Part shown: in pieces, positions 62,298-64,000 of the stretch | Layout of the letters: each line of letters begins with the position of its first letter | How positions within the stretch are numbered: position 1 is the stretch's first letter | Origin: Nitrospirota bacterium | GTDB lineage: Bacteria > Nitrospirota > UBA9217 | NCBI GenBank assembly: GCA_963737155.1 | Contig: CAVTRN010000002.1 | Coordinates: forward strand, 2,592,001 to 2,656,000 | Length of the DNA stretch: 64,000 bases | Reading direction: 5' to 3' | Translations under genes and position numbers: made by a program | The notes under the pieces: generated by a model | The model's database searches: none | The model's input: the letters and a program-made list of their open reading frames with translations, nothing else | Told to the model about the DNA's origin: nothing

Positions 62298-62783
62298 CTA
62301 CTTTTCCGGATCTTTCGACTTTAAGAAAATATTGAATGCGTACCACAATGCTCCATACCAAGGGATCGCGCCTGCATTCCCGTTAAGAATCTGAAAGCCA
62401 CCCACTCCTAGCAGCACAACGGTTGCCACACCTCCCATGTTCATTTCGCCATCGGTCAGACTCTTGATCTTGCTATCAATGCCCCTGAACATCTCGGTGA
62501 CATTCTCGTGAAAATTCCCAGAACTCATACCCTTAACATGCGGTTGTTCCCTCAAGACAAAAATATCTTTCGTTCGCGCGTAATCAGCAATGGCGGCAAT
62601 GCTCGTTTGATGCAGCAAAAGTATGCTCCCCGTGGTCGCATTCACCTCCACCGCGGTAATACCGGGGCACTGTGCCAACTGCTCCTTACACACCGCAAGC
62701 GCTCCCCCATCGCCTTTTAAAACGGTGATCTTTACCCGGAACCGTCCCGGCGTGTTATGTGCCACCACTGCATCCCGTATCAT
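62298..62783 (-). CDS. HMA2-domain membrane protein (FezC-like)
   Basis: HNTPGRFRVK...NATTGSILLLH, a C-terminal Gly-rich TM and PWYGALWYAF. Confidence 0.82.
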   Translation of the reverse strand: MIRDAVVAHNTPGRFRVKITVLKGDGGALAVCKEQLAQCPGITAVEVNATTGSILLLHQTSIAAIADYARTKDIFVLREQPHVKGMSSGNFHENVTEMFRGIDSKIKSLTDGEMNMGGVATVVLLGVGGFQILNGNAGAIPWYGALWYAFNIFLKSKDPEK

Positions 62784-63091
62784 GACGCCGGTGACTCATC
62801 CGGCGACGCTGCAACCGCCGCCGTCGCAACCGGTGCTGCAGCGGCAACTGCTGCTTCGGATAGCTCCGCCTTTGCTTCGGCCACAATATCCTCGGTTATT
62901 TCAGCGACCTCGGCAAGAGTTTCCTTGCCGCGCTCATACAGCTGTATTCCTCCCTTGATCGCCGCTTTCGCCAACGGTTTAGCGATATTTGCAAACAAAG
63001 GTATTACGACGGGCGCTAATATTGCAGCCCCTATCCCGATAGCCAAGCCGGTAACCATGTTCCCCTTCAAACCATCGTCTAAAAGTGCCAT
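62780..63091 (-). CDS. DUF5132-family GxxxG protein (FezA-like)
   Basis: GLAIGIGAAILAP...KPLAKAAIKGG...EDIVAEAKAEL. It has an AAGGAG RBS and an ATGA overlap with the next gene. Confidence 0.85.
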   Translation of the reverse strand: MALLDDGLKGNMVTGLAIGIGAAILAPVVIPLFANIAKPLAKAAIKGGIQLYERGKETLAEVAEITEDIVAEAKAELSEAAVAAAAPVATAAVAASPDESPAS

Positions 63092-63396
63092 GCTATAATC
63101 TCCTTTCGCTGTAGAAATTGTAGTCTTTTCCTTAAGCCCTGTCTATTTTCTCTTTCATTACATACCTAACTATATCATAAAATGAATGGATCTCTCATTA
63201 TGCCTAGTCGTGAGGAAGAATGTTCGTTCTTTTATTTTACCGATCATTGGCCATAACTGATTGGATAATCAAGAGTATCAGAATGAAAATCACTGGAAAT
63301 GATTGCGCAGTTGGTGCAGCGATCGCTGCGTGAAAAGGGCTACCATCCTTCAACTGTATTTCAGTAAATCTTCCCTACAGGCTGTATTTCTACATA

Positions 63397-63436
63397 TGTC
63401 ACAGACTTTTCTGCATTTTGTAATATTGCTGTAACA
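63397..63436 (+). promoter_or_regulatory. Second OmpR/PhoB-type phased repeat box
   Basis: TGTCACA(63397), TGTAATA(63419) and TGTAACA(63430), all in 11-bp register. Confidence 0.55.
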
Positions 63437-63475
63437 TTGCCATATTATAGTTTTAGAGAAAAGAGTGAGGTGAAC

Positions 63476-63682
63476 TTGTATATATCGCAATCAATTCTCA
63501 TCGAAAGTACAAAAGCGGCAGGCGTTCACACGTTCATGTGCCCCTACTGGGCTGCGGAAAGCAGATTCTGTCCAGCATCGATCATGACGGTCGATATCGA
63601 TATGCGTCGAAAGGCACACTATTGCTGTACGGAGAATTACGATTGCTGCCCAATGTTCCTCGCAAAAATTCTTCGAGGGTAG
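63476..63682 (+). CDS. Small Cys-rich protein
   Basis: GAGGTG RBS plus TTG start, and CPYW..C.AS...YCCTENYDCCPMFLAK. Confidence 0.65.
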   Translation: MYISQSILIESTKAAGVHTFMCPYWAAESRFCPASIMTVDIDMRRKAHYCCTENYDCCPMFLAKILRG

Positions 63683-63759
63683 AAAAATGGTGGGCGATCC
63701 CGGAGATTATCGGTAACCATAATATATATAATATTAGGTGGAGTTATAAGGAGATATGC

Positions 63760-63987
63760 ATGAATCAAGAGACTACAACGCCATCCCGCGTGTTTCGCAA
63801 TGAAAAGGAAGTTGATCAGCATTCCCGCGCCATTCAAAAACTTGCGGAGGAGCTTCAACTGCCGGCTGATGAAATTCGGCGGCATTACACGGCTGTTCTA
63901 GATGTTTTGAAACAGGAAGCCAAGATAAGAGCCTACCTCCCGGTCCTTGTCAGCCGGAGCGTAAAAGAACGACTGCGGCATCGCTGA
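63760..63987 (+). CDS. DUF3562-like small helical protein
   Basis: AAGGAG RBS and AIQKLAEEL...AKIRAYLPVLVSRSVKERL. Confidence 0.72.
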   Translation: MNQETTTPSRVFRNEKEVDQHSRAIQKLAEELQLPADEIRRHYTAVLDVLKQEAKIRAYLPVLVSRSVKERLRHR

Positions 63988-64000
63988 TGGAGAGATTACG

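Overview
This is a bacterial chromosomal window, probably from a Nitrospirota- or Desulfobacterota-like organism (inferred from gene content only). Housekeeping core (about 19.9-37.9 kb and 44.6-50.3 kb): surA-N, gatB, gatA, panD, gatC, pcrA, a dksA-like gene, tRNA-Met, tilS, hpt, ftsH, folP, cdaA, cdaR, glmM, dtd, rlmN and phoBR. Accessory left part: one complete IS607-type element (serine-recombinase TnpA plus an atypical zinc-finger-less TnpB), two deleted relatives, a decayed island integrated at tRNA-Ala that carries a beta-helix lipoprotein and an IS256, and several eroded pseudogenes. The most interesting region is 50.5-64 kb, a ferrosome(fez)-like cassette. It encodes a DUF5132/GxxxG protein, HMA2 proteins, a protein with 22-residue amphipathic repeats and a Ca2+-type P2A ATPase with an HMA2 N-terminus. 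It also encodes a MetK paralogue that has lost its methionine-binding residues, MgtA and a PTS-EIIA protein. PhoB/OmpR-type 11-bp-phased boxes flank it on both sides. I propose it as a candidate phosphate-regulated Ca/Mg-(poly)phosphate storage organelle locus. All family calls come from motif recognition by eye; no database search was run.
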